Shown: positions 53,352-64,000 of the stretch, piece by piece
Numbering within the stretch: position 1 is the first letter of the stretch
How the letters are laid out: each line of letters starts with the position of its first letter
Assembly (NCBI RefSeq): GCF_001447785.1
Contig: NW_015166485.1
Location: 183,087 to 247,086, forward strand
Length of the DNA stretch: 64,000 bases
Source: Gekko japonicus
Taxonomy: Eukaryota
Reading direction: 5' to 3'
Notes under the pieces: model-generated
The model's database searches: none
Told to the model about the DNA's origin: nothing
Seen by the model: the letters and a program-made list of their open reading frames with translations, nothing else
Made by a program: the position numbers and the translations under genes

Positions 53352-56300
53352 ATGTCGGGGCCGGGAAGCAAGAGGGCGGCAGGCGATGGGGGCTCAGGTC
53401 CCCCTGAGAAGAAGGCCAACAGGGAAGAGAAGACCACCACCACCCTCATTGAACCCATCCGGCTGGGGGGCATTTCTTCCACGGTAAGGCCCTGGGGATG
53501 AGGGGTGTGTGTGTGGGAGGGGGTGAAGTCTGTCTGATTTCTGTTTTAGTTTCCTGTTTTGGAAAGAAATGCTGGGACTCCTCGTGAGTATGCTCTCTGG
53601 CCTTTTAAACAAGTGACCCGCTTTGATGGGACGTTAGGCAAGCACTGAGAAACATAACGGAACCAGCCAGAAAAATTCTAGGCATGTGGTTGCCTAGGAA
53701 CTGGATGTCACCACCAGGGTATCTGAAGTATTTCTTCAGGCCTGTGTCAGGGTGATGACTTGAAATGAGATGCCAGTGCCAGGGAATCTGAAATGTTTGT
53801 CAGGCTTTTTCACGAGCATGCAAAAAAAGAAGGAAAAAATTCTGACATCTCCCAAGTCAAAAGAGACAGGTTTGATAGAGGTAGTGGTAGGTTGCATCAC
53901 TCAAACGATTGTCTGAGGTCTTATTTTCCTGCTATTAATGTATTTGAAAGCCCAGGAAGCCAAAGATAGATAAGGTCTTTGCAACCTCACCCTTGTAACA
54001 GGGTGCTCAGATCCATTTTTTGTGTGCCGTATATTTGCCTTACCGTTAAAAGACCAGCTGGCACTGCTCTCAATCCAGGGACCATCACTAACATGATGTA
54101 GGATGCGAATGATATGCTAATAAGAAATGCAGAACTCAGCAACTCAGACTGTACTGTTTCCATATCTATGACCTTTTTTCTTGGTTTATTTTTTGAGGAT
54201 TTGAGTAGAAACATTTGAGCATGGCCACGGGGTGACTAATACGCTTTGCAGGTGAGGGTTTGGGGTTACGTAATGGGGATGCTGATCTAATACCTTGTGA
54301 GTAGAAATGCTAAAGGGGGAGGCAGAGAGTTGGGCTGTGGATTTAATCCCAGTGACAGGCTTCTTTTCTGCAGGAGGAGATGGACCTCAAGGTGCTCCAG
54401 TTCAAGAACAAGAAATTAGCTGAGCGCCTGGAGCAACGGCAGGCCTTTGAGGACGAGTTGCGCGAGCGCATCGAGAAACTGGAGAAGAGGCAGGCCACTG
54501 ACGATGCCACTCTCCTGATCGTCAACCGCTACTGGAAGCAGGTCCGGGCCCCTCCCCCCGGCTGATGATTTGCCCTGAAGTTCCTAGTGTCAGCTACGCT
54601 GCCATGGGGGTTGGGGAGCTCAGTCTATGTCTGGTTAATTGCTCCTGCATTCCTTTCTGTGCTTGTTCTGCATTGCGCCGAAATGCTTATCTATACAGAT
54701 GTGCAGGAGGGAGTTGTATTGTCTGGGTTTCTCCTAGGTGCCGTGGGAGAGTGTTGGTTCTCAGCTTTAGGTACCTAACGGTCTCCAAGCTTTATCCCGC
54801 GCGCGGGAGGGTGCCTAATTGGCCAGTGCCATTGGGGGGGAGGTGCATACGAATACCCTATATCCTATTATGCCCATGGGGCCGCTGCCATTCTTAACAG
54901 TGCTTATGTTACTGCATCTATAGCTCTGCAATAAAAGTATCACCGTTCCTGAATGCGTGTACTTCGTTGTTGGCTGTGGGTTCTGACACCTAGGCCTGAA
55001 CGTCACAGATAAGAGCTTGATCACTGGTCCTTTTTTCCAAGTCACAGCCACCTTATGGCAACTCCATAGGGTGTGCAAAGCAGGAAGTGTACAGAGGTGG
55101 TTTGGAATTTGCCTGCCTCTCTGTGGCAACCCTGGAATTCCCCAGTGATCTTCCATCCCAGTGCTACTCAGGGCCAGGGCTATTTTTGGGCAGGAACGCA
55201 CAGGAACGGAGTTCCGGCTGGCTTCCAAGTTGGCCACACCCAGCAGGAACTCATTAGCATAACAGGCCACACCCAGCAGTAGAAACTCATTTGGATTGGC
55301 TACATTAGAGGTGTGTGGCCTAACATGCAAAGGAGTTCCTGCAACAAAAAAAGCCCTGGGTTTTGACAACAAACAAGGTAAACAGAATAAGAATCAAAAG
55401 GTGGGTGTGGCTGGATGACCACACTTCTGGTAACACGGGGGTGTGGCCTAATATGCTAATGAGCGGTGCAATCAGGGGTGTGGCCCAATATGCTAATGAG
55501 TTTCTGCTGCTGGGTGTGGCCTGTTATGCTAATGAGTTCCTGCTGGACTTTTTCTACAAAAAAAGCCCTGCTCAGGGCCCATCCTGTTTAGCTTCAGTGA
55601 TCTGATGAGATGGGGCTGCCTTCCTTAGGAAACCAGCAGAGGGGTTAAACAGGGTTTCCTGGGGCCAGGTTGTGAAGCTGGTATCCATAGCTGGTATCCA
55701 TAGTTCTGCATCTAGATTGCCTTGACACACGCTCAAGTCCAGCATCCTGTATCTTCTCCCACATTTCCTTTCTCCAAACTCTGTTTCCTATCTCCTTCCT
55801 CCAGCTGGATGACACAGTGCAAGGACTACTGAAACGCTGTGATGGAGATTGCGGGCAGCCTCCGGAGGACCCCAGGCTGGATGCCACGGGGGCGGAGTCA
55901 GAGAGCGTGTCTGTCCTAGGGCAGGAAGGGCCGGAGAGGAGAGGTGCGCTGAGTTTCTTGCACTGAGGGATTGGGCAGGGTCGGACGAGGGGCCGTTCCC
56001 TTTTTCCTGTTGGCCCTGACACAACTCTTTTGGTCCCTCCAGAGACAATCCTGTCCCCCGTTACTCCTCCTACCTCCTGGAAACCTGGCGGCCTCGTGCT
56101 GAATGAGCCGGCCCTCTCCTTCTTGGCTACCTTGGCCAGCAGCAGCAGTGAAGAGATTGAGCTGCAGCTTCAGGAGCGCATGGAGTTCTCCAAGGCGGCC
56201 GTCTCCCGGGTCGTGGAGGTCTCTGACAAGATCCACCGGCGCACGGAAGAACTCTGCCAGAAGATCCACGCCCGTGGTGAGGCTTGACCCCCACCCCACC

Positions 56301-59300
56301 CTCCCCGAAGTCATGGAAGGGTTGAGAGGCCCTTGAAACATTTGACAACACTCTCGGCTTCCTTTCCGTAACACTGAGTGCAGCTCTGTTGAAGGCATCG
56401 CTTGAGAATCAGGTGTGGGGGGCAGGTCCCGAGGTCCCGAGTTCTCAGGTTCTTCAAGGAGAGTTGGGGGTGGGTGGGCAAGATACATAAGAGAAGGCTG
56501 CATATTTTGCTTTCTTTATCATCTGGAGGTGAAACTATCCTGTGATTAAATTGCCATCTGTGTGTCTTTGAGTTTGGCGAGTATGAATTACATCTAGGCT
56601 AATCCGTATGGAAGGTTTTATCCACTGGTTGTGAACGGATTATTTATTCCCCCCGAGCTACAGAAGTCTGCCAAGTGACTTGCGTGGGGCTGCACAGGCA
56701 GCTGGGCTAGTAACCTTTGTGGAGTTATTTGTGAGGCCACAGCAGTGGCAAGTTGGTGGGGTAGGCCTAATGTTAAAAACAGTAAATAGTTTTATTTATT
56801 TATTTTAAAACTACCTATTGTCCCACATACGTTGCAGCTTAACTTTTACTTATTGCATTTGTAATGTTAATTAAAACACCGTTATGCTGCCTTTCCACCC
56901 AGTTTAGGGTTTCCGAGGTGGCAAACAATAAAAAACATTAAAACAAACCAGGAATCCGTAGTGTTAAAAAGAAAGCACAATTAAACAAAACACACACACA
57001 GTTAAAACACGCATACGGGAAGGAGGGGTCAGTGAGGGAACGCCAAACAAAACAGAAAAGTTTCCACCCTCTTCTGGAAGGAAACGATAGAAGGGGAGGG
57101 ACAGATCCCCCTGGGGAGAGGATGCCATAACTTTGGTCCTACGCCCAAGAAGGCCCTTTCTGGGGTCGCCACCCCTCTAGCCTCCGACGGTGAGGGCACC
57201 CAGAGAAGGGACTCAGAAGATGACCCCGTTCTTCGAGAAGGTGGATGTGGGAGGAGGCAGTCCTTAAAGTATGTTGGTCCCAAGCCATTCAGGGCTTCAG
57301 CGGTCAATGTTACCATCTTGAATTGGGTCTGGAAGCTAATTGGGTGGCAGCATCGGTTTAACAAGACCTGAGTAACGTGGTCCCTGTGACCTGCTCCATT
57401 CAGCGTACTGGACATAGCATCCTATACCAGCTGCAGCTTTGAAACACTCAGGGGCAGCCCCGTGCAATGCTCCCTCTAAGCTGTGGGGTCTTGTGAGCAA
57501 AAATTCTACTTTGTGAGCTACTGGCATTAGAAGCTGTGAGCGAGCAATTTGGCTGCTGCATCAATTACTTTGTTCTGGAGCCATCCTTCCTGAGCTAAGA
57601 CAAGAATGTGTGAGCCGGAGGCTAAAAATCTGTGAGCTAGCTCACGCTCACTCAGCTTAGAGGGAACACTGGCCCCGTGTACAGTGTGTTGCAGTAATCT
57701 AATCTAGATTCAGCATATCAATGACCATGTATTAAATACTGAACTTTTCTGACCAATATTTAACTGTTCCATTTAGCCATTTTGACTGATCAAGTGTTTC
57801 ATCTCTAGCTCAAGGTGGAGACTCAGCATTCTCCTGGCAATGGCGCAGTTCCTTGTTAACCATTTTTCAAACGTGCTTTGCGATATTGCCTCGGTTTTAC
57901 GATGAGTCTGTGCAGTAGGCCCCTGTTCATTCCTCATTTGCAGATCAGGAGTTGGCTCTGAGAGCCCTGACCTGGGTAGCTCAGGCAAGCCCAATCCTGG
58001 AAGCTAAGCAGGGCCGACCCTGGCAAGTATTTGGATGGGAGACCTCCAGAGAACACCAGGGCTGGGAGGCAGAGGCAGGTTACCGAGCCACTGCTCTGAA
58101 CATCCTCCGTGCCTCCCAGGGGTCGCCAGAGGTCACCATGACTTCCAGGCACACGCAAGTACAAAAAAAGAGAGAGGGAGAGAGAAGAATTGGCTCTGAG
58201 AGAAATGAATTCAGTCTCTGGAGGACGCTAGTTTTTAATCTTGTTTCTCAAAGCAGGGTTGGGCTAGGAAGGGGGGTGGTGGTGGTGGTTGGGCCCTGCC
58301 ACGGGCAGTAGATCATAGCACAGCAAGGAATCTCAGGCCTCTCTTTCTCCCCCAGTGGAGTTTGATCAGCTGGAGGAGGCCGTGAAGGCTCTCAACAAGG
58401 AGCTGATGCAGGAGAACCGGCACCTGCAGGACCTGATCACCCAGCTACAGGAGAAGCACCACAAGATCTCCCTAGAGGTAGGTTATGGGGGGGCCGGGCG
58501 CTGCTGCTGCTGCTGCTGCTGCTGCGTGTGTTCCCTGAGCTTAGCCCTGAGCCGCCAGGCGAAGTGCCCCGAGGCCTGTCACGTCTGCCTCTTTCTCCCG
58601 CTTAGTATACAGAGCTCCAGGACAAGGTGACCTCATCGGAGACCAAAGTGCTAGAGATGGAGACGACCATCGAAGACCTGCAGTGGGACATCGAGAAGCT
58701 GCGCAAGCGGGAACAGAAGCTGAACAAGCACTTGGCTGAGGCTCTGGAGCAGGCAAGCGGGGGCCGTCAAATGCTGATCGTGTTCGAAGTGCCTTTTTAG
58801 ATCTCCTCATCCCAGTACAGCAGGGAAGCTGCTAAAGCAGCATCCCCCAGAGCAGTGCCCACTGGCACTTCCCTTGGCGCTGGCTGAGCTTTTCAGAAAG
58901 CGGTCGGGGCTGTTGTGAAGTGGGGCTTATTTTTAGTGGCTCACATTTAAATGAAAGAATGTTCCACAGCTGCAACAACAACCAGCCACTTTGAGCTATT
59001 TCCCCCTCAAGGTTTACTCCAGCCATACCTTGCAAGAGTTTTGGCAGTGCTGCACAGTTTTCTCTCGGGTGGCGGTGTGCCAGGCAAGGGGCTTCCTTCT
59101 CCCTCTTTTACACCCCCTCCCCCCATCATTCTCATGTTTATGCTTAGCTAATCTGAGAATATTTTAATGTTCCTTTTAAACCATGCTGTCTGCTGTTGTG
59201 GTCAGAACGTCTCCAAACCCTGAACTGGGGTTGGCTTGCATAAAAAAGCTTACTTTAATACACATATTGTTATGTAAATAGCAAAAGATATAAAGATGTC

Positions 59301-62300
59301 AGAACACATGCATTGTGGCTCTATGACACATATTATTAATTTATTTTTTATTATTTACATTTCTATCCCGCCCTCCCCGGAGGCTCAGGGCGGCTTACAA
59401 GGCATATCGCCAATGAAACAATAGAACAATACAAATATTAAAAATACATCACAATTAATAAACAGTTTTGGTGCTCCTCTAAACAACTACCAAAGTTAAA
59501 ATTCCTAAAAGCAAGATGGCCGTCCCCTAAAATGTCCCATTCTCACCCAGGATGCCCGCATCGTGATGGCTATATACAGAAATCATGGGGCGTTGGTGGT
59601 ACAATGGTGGTGGCGGCTCCTATTCAAAAGCCTGGCGGAAGAGCTCCGTCTTGCAGGCTCTGCGGAACTGTGCTAGGTCCCGCAGAGCCCTGATCTCCTC
59701 TGGGACACAAACCTTTAATTGTGCAAACCTAACCATTCAGTTCTCACATTATCTCACTGAAAGCATTTCAACATAAGCTCATTGGAGACCATGTTTCTGT
59801 AAACCAGGGGTCCCCAACAAAGTGGGCAGGGCCAGGTGGGAGGTCTGCCCAGCAAGCCTTCTGATAAGATGCTGCACATTTGATTGGCTGTGCAAATTTT
59901 TAAAAATGCTGATTTGGCATCAGCTGCCACAGCAGCACAGGAATCTTCACTGTATGAAGTGAGGGTAAGCTGCAACAGCCATTTTGTGGCTGGCTCCACT
60001 TCCCAAGACAGCCATTTTGTGGCCACACTCAGCGCGCTGTGTCGGCATTCAAAGGTGCACGTAGGCTTCTGCCGTAAACATTTTCTTCTTTCAGTGAGCA
60101 GTTGTTTTTGTGGTTGTTAGTGAACCCTGAATCTTACAGGACCATTTGTGCTTAGTAGGGTGCGTTTTTCACTATTCTGCATATGCCATTTTTGCTGCAA
60201 CCGTTTTACGTAGAAACTTGTTAAATATACGTGCACAAAGTCAAAGAAGACTTAACGTGTAGACTGCACTGTTGACAGATACTGTGATGGCTTTCAGTTG
60301 GCTTGCAAAGGGCACCTTTCAAAGAGAGTTTCGAGGGAAATGCCTCAGGAGCCCATTATGCCATTTTTGCTGCAACCGTTTTACGAAGAAACTTGTCAAA
60401 TACACGGAACCAGGCTTACGTGCACAAAGTCACTTAAAGAAGGCTTGCCTCCAAGTTCAGAGGGAGAAGCCCTCCAAATGCCCAAGCCTGGGGCAAGAGT
60501 AGCAAGAGACTTTGGTGTCCTTGCTCTGCCCTGCGTGTAGACGTTCCAGGGGCATCTGGTGGGCCCCTTTGAGAAATGGAGCCCTGGACTTTACGGACCA
60601 TTGGTCTGATCGAGCACGGCAGCTCTTTGCCTGCCTGATAAAAGTCAATAGAAGTGGCTTTGGATTTAAAGGGAGCTGTGTGCCAGGGGCATTACAGGCT
60701 TGGAGCCTTGCTCCCAAATGTAACTGCTCTGCCACTCAGCCACCATACATGGGAAGAATCTGCTCCGTCCTGACAACAGCCCCGGCAGGCCCCGGTTCTT
60801 ATGTTGTAAACACTGAATCATCTCCTAGGGCAACAGAGTTGCTACCCAAAGACACTTCTCTCTGATGTTTAAGCTAATTGAGAATAATAATCCCTCCTTG
60901 CACAAAAAGGACCGAGACTCTTTAAGTTCAGGAATTAACTCTTTATTCTTAATGCTTGGGGATCCAACAGCTTAACGCGTAGACTACACTGTTGACCGAT
61001 ACTGTGATGGCTTTCAGTTGGCTTACAAAGGGCACCTTTCAAAGAGAGTTTCAAGGGAAGTGCCTCAGTAGCCCTTAGTCATAATGACTTAATGGAGCCT
61101 CCAAGTTCAGAGGGAGAAGCCCTCCGAATGCCCATGCCGGGGGCAAGAGTAGCAAGAGACTTTGGTGTACCTGCCCTGCCCTGCGTGTAGACTTCCCAGG
61201 GGCATCTGGTGGGCCCCTTTGACGGACCATTGGTCTGATCGAGCACGGCAGCTCTTTGCCTGCCTGATAAAAGTCAACAGAAGTGGCTTTGGATTTAAAG
61301 GGAGCTGTGTGCCAGGGGCATCACAGGCTTGGAGCCCTGCTCCCAAATGTAACTTCTCTGCCACTCAGCCACCATACATGGGAAGAATCTGCTCCGTCTT
61401 GACAACAGCCCCGGCAGGCCCCTGTTCTTATGTTGTAAACACTTAATCATCTCCTAGGGCAACAGAGTTGCTACCCAAAGACACTTCTCTCTGATGTTTA
61501 AGCTAATTGAGAATAATAATCCCTCCTTGTGCAAAAAGGACCGAGACTCTTTAAATTCAGGAATTAACTCTTTTTTTTTTGCTATTTCTTACACACATAT
61601 TTTATTGCTTTTATGTTCTAATAAGATATGACATGTCTAATAACATATGACATGTTTTCCTCAGAGATTTATAATAGTTTCAAGTACGGTCAGTTGCCAA
61701 AGGGTGTTGTTCTGTCTTTTTCTTTGTCGCTAAGAAATATTTTAGCTTTAGATGATGAAAAAGGGATGTGTGGCATTCGTCTATTTTGTTCCTACAGCAG
61801 CACTGTTGTTATTATTAATTACCACATCCTTAGCCTCCAAGTTCAGAGGGAGAAGCCCTCCGAATGCCCATGCCGGGGGCAAGAGTAGCAAGAGACTTTG
61901 GTGTACCTGCCCTGCCCTGCGTGTAGACTTCCCAGGGGCATCTGGTGGGCCCCTTTGACGGCCCATTGGTCTGATCGAGCACGGCAGCTCTTTGCGTGCC
62001 TGATAAAAGTCAACAGAAGTGGCTTTGGATTTAAAGGGAGCTGTGTGCCAGGGGCTTGGAGCCCTGCTCCCAAATGTAACTTCTCTGCCACTCAGCCACC
62101 ATACATGGGAAGAATCTGCTCCGTCTTGACAACAGCCCCGGCAGGCCCCTGTTCTTATGTTGTAAACACTTAATCATCTCCTAGGGCAACAGAGTTGCTA
62201 CCCAAAGACACTTCTCTCTGATGTTTAAGCTAATTGAGAATAATAATCCCTCCTTGCACAAAAAGGACCGAGACTCTTTAAGTTCAGGAATTAACTCTTT

Positions 62301-63014
62301 TTTTGCTATTTCTTACACACATATTTTATTGCTTTTATGTTCCATGTCTAATAAGATATGACACGTCTAATAACATATGACATGTTTTCCTCAGAGATTT
62401 ATAATAGTTTCAAGTACGGTCAGTTGCCAAAGGGTGTTGTTCTGTCTTTTTCTTTGTCGCTAAGAAACTTTTTAGCTTTAGATGATGAAAAAGGGATGTG
62501 TGGCATTCGTCTATTTTGTTCCTACAGCAGCACTGTTGTTATTATTAATTACCACATCCTTATAGCAATAAATCACGTTCTTTACCCCCCCTAGACCAGT
62601 GTGCGTGACACTTAATGTTGAGACAACAGGTTTAATGTTTGGAAAATGCAGCTATGATGTATAAGTTTCTGAGTGTTGTTCTCCGCTTCTTTGGCAGCTA
62701 AATTCAGGTTATTACGCATCGGGCAGTTCTGGTGGGTTCCATGGAGGGCAGATCACACTTAGTATGCAGAAGGTAAGCGAGAAAAACAGGGTGCCAAGTC
62801 CAAAGTGCCACTGGGATGTGGGCCTTGGGTCTTTCCCCTTTCCTGGCGGTGCCTTCCTTGCTGATTCTTTTTTCTTTTGGTTTTGGGTTCGCAGTTTGAG
62901 ATGTTGAATGCTGAGCTGGAGGAAAACCAAGAACTTGCCAACAGCCGCATGGCAGAGCTGGAGAAACTGCAACAGGAAATGCAGCAGGCTGTTAGGACCA
63001 ATGAGAAGCTCAAG
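53352..63014 (+). CDS. RNF40: E3 ubiquitin-protein ligase BRE1B (H2B monoubiquitination), 5' portion; continues beyond the window
   Basis: Exons 53352-53483 ([21 protein letters not shown]...[17 protein letters not shown]), 54374-54541 ([23 protein letters not shown]), 55805-55943, 56043-56276, 58356-58477, 58606-58752 (GC donor), 62698-62772 ([25 protein letters not shown]), 62895-63014. Phases are consistent. Confidence 0.95.
56800..57710 (-). mobile_element. L2 LINE 3' fragment interrupted by hAT MITE copy 7 (57465-57671, TSD GCCCCGTG)
   Basis: Minus-strand translation [21 protein letters not shown]...[15 protein letters not shown]; perfect 8-bp TSD. Confidence 0.8.
57965..58155 (+). mobile_element. 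5S rRNA-derived SINE
   Basis: GAAGCTAAGCAGGGCCGACCCTGG..AGTATTTGGATGGGAGACC. Confidence 0.7.
59340..59702 (-). mobile_element. L2 LINE 3' fragment
   Basis: Similar to the reverse complement of 595-680, plus the tail. Confidence 0.75.
60180..62561 (+). repeat. Mosaic tandem duplication: ~480-bp unit x3 (60447-60943, 61097-61570, 61833-62297), ~255-bp unit x2 (61577-61832, 62300-62561) and ~105-bp unit x2 (60251-60354, 60971-61074)
   Basis: Direct alignment by eye; translated ORFs recur three times. Confidence 0.92.
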
Positions 63015-63483
63015 GTAGTGAAAAGCCTGCCACAGGATGGGGGGGAAAGCAAAGCAGCTTCCACTTCTGGGGGAGGGTGGGGGTATATGTAGCCAGGAAT
63101 GCGTTTCCTGCCTGGGAATCTGCATTAGGTGTCAGATTTTCCTCTCTGAGTTCTTTCTCTTTTCGATAAGACTGATGTCTAGTCCTTGTGATTAAATCAA
63201 AACAAGCTTTAAAGATTTGGGACTCCGGCCGATATTCGGAGAGCAGGGTAAGATCTCTCTGCACCTCTTACGCCCCCTCCTCCTATGCAGCTAGAGCATC
63301 ATACTCTTTTTACGTAAAAATTAACTTAAGTGCTTGCTGTATGCAAAGGGACACAAGCTAGGCAAAGGAAATTGTGCCTAATGACTTGCCTGTGCCCTGT
63401 GTCCAGTGTTTCAGAGGCCGCTGTCCAAGTGCACATTTTGCATTGGGCTCCCCACTAGACTTGAATTTCTGACAATGCAATGA

Positions 63484-63755
63484 GCCAGTTTGGTGAAGTG
63501 GTTAAGAGCGGCAGACTCTAATCTGGAAAAACGGGTTTGATTCCCCCCTCTCCTCCACATGATGTTAGCTGGGTGACCTTGGGTCAGTCACAGTTCTGTC
63601 AGAGCTTTCTCTCAGGAGCAGTTCTCTCAGAGCTCTCTCAGCCTCGCCTGCCTCACAGGGTGTCTGTTGTGGGGAGAGGAAGGGAAGGAGATTGTAAGAT
63701 GCTCTGAGACGCCAAGTGAAGGGCGGGGTATAAATCCAATCTCTCCTCCTCCTCC
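63484..63755 (+). mobile_element. Squam3-like SINE
   Basis: Same consensus as 6178-6453. Confidence 0.85.
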
Positions 63756-64000
63756 AAATTAATCCGGTTTGAGCCTATTTATTTCAGTAGGCTTAGACAG
63801 GAGTCACTCTGCACAGAACTGCACTTGTCAGCCCTGTGGTGGGTGAACACATATTCATTTTATAGGTACCTGTAGAGTGTATGGGATACAGCATGCATGA
63901 AAAGAGCAATGAAGGCAGACTGAGGATCGTGTCATCATCACTGTTGACATTTATATCCCAGATCCCAAGGGCAGTGTACACGGGCACCCTAGGGAGCCTC

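Noticed and set aside
58499-58525. Poly-Cys ORF from (CTG)n
   Set aside because: Intronic trinucleotide microsatellite
60512-62173. Three similar ~90-117 aa ORFs suggesting a small gene family
   Set aside because: Non-ATG starts, no recognisable domain; a by-product of the intronic triplication

Overview
Vertebrate genomic DNA, very likely a squamate and probably a gecko (Squam3-like, Sauria and 5S-derived SINEs, Bov-B fragment), from a draft assembly with several N-gaps. It shows the gene order known from human 16p11.2: the 3' part of SRCAP (+), TMEM265 (+), PHKG2 (+, complete), CFAP119/CCDC189 (-, complete) and the 5' part of RNF40 (+). CFAP119 and RNF40 share a short bidirectional promoter. 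Exons were rebuilt by hand from splice signals, reading frame and remembered protein similarity. I see no convincing wholly new gene system. The best leads are: a coding minisatellite in SRCAP; a UGA-C stop followed by a hairpin and a 90-codon in-frame extension (possible readthrough); a hAT MITE found twice at the same site of another TIR element; a PHKG2 intron with no GT/GC donor; a GC-AG RNF40 intron holding a mosaic triplication; and a 76-bp inverted repeat enclosing a 5S SINE. Repeat boundaries are approximate.
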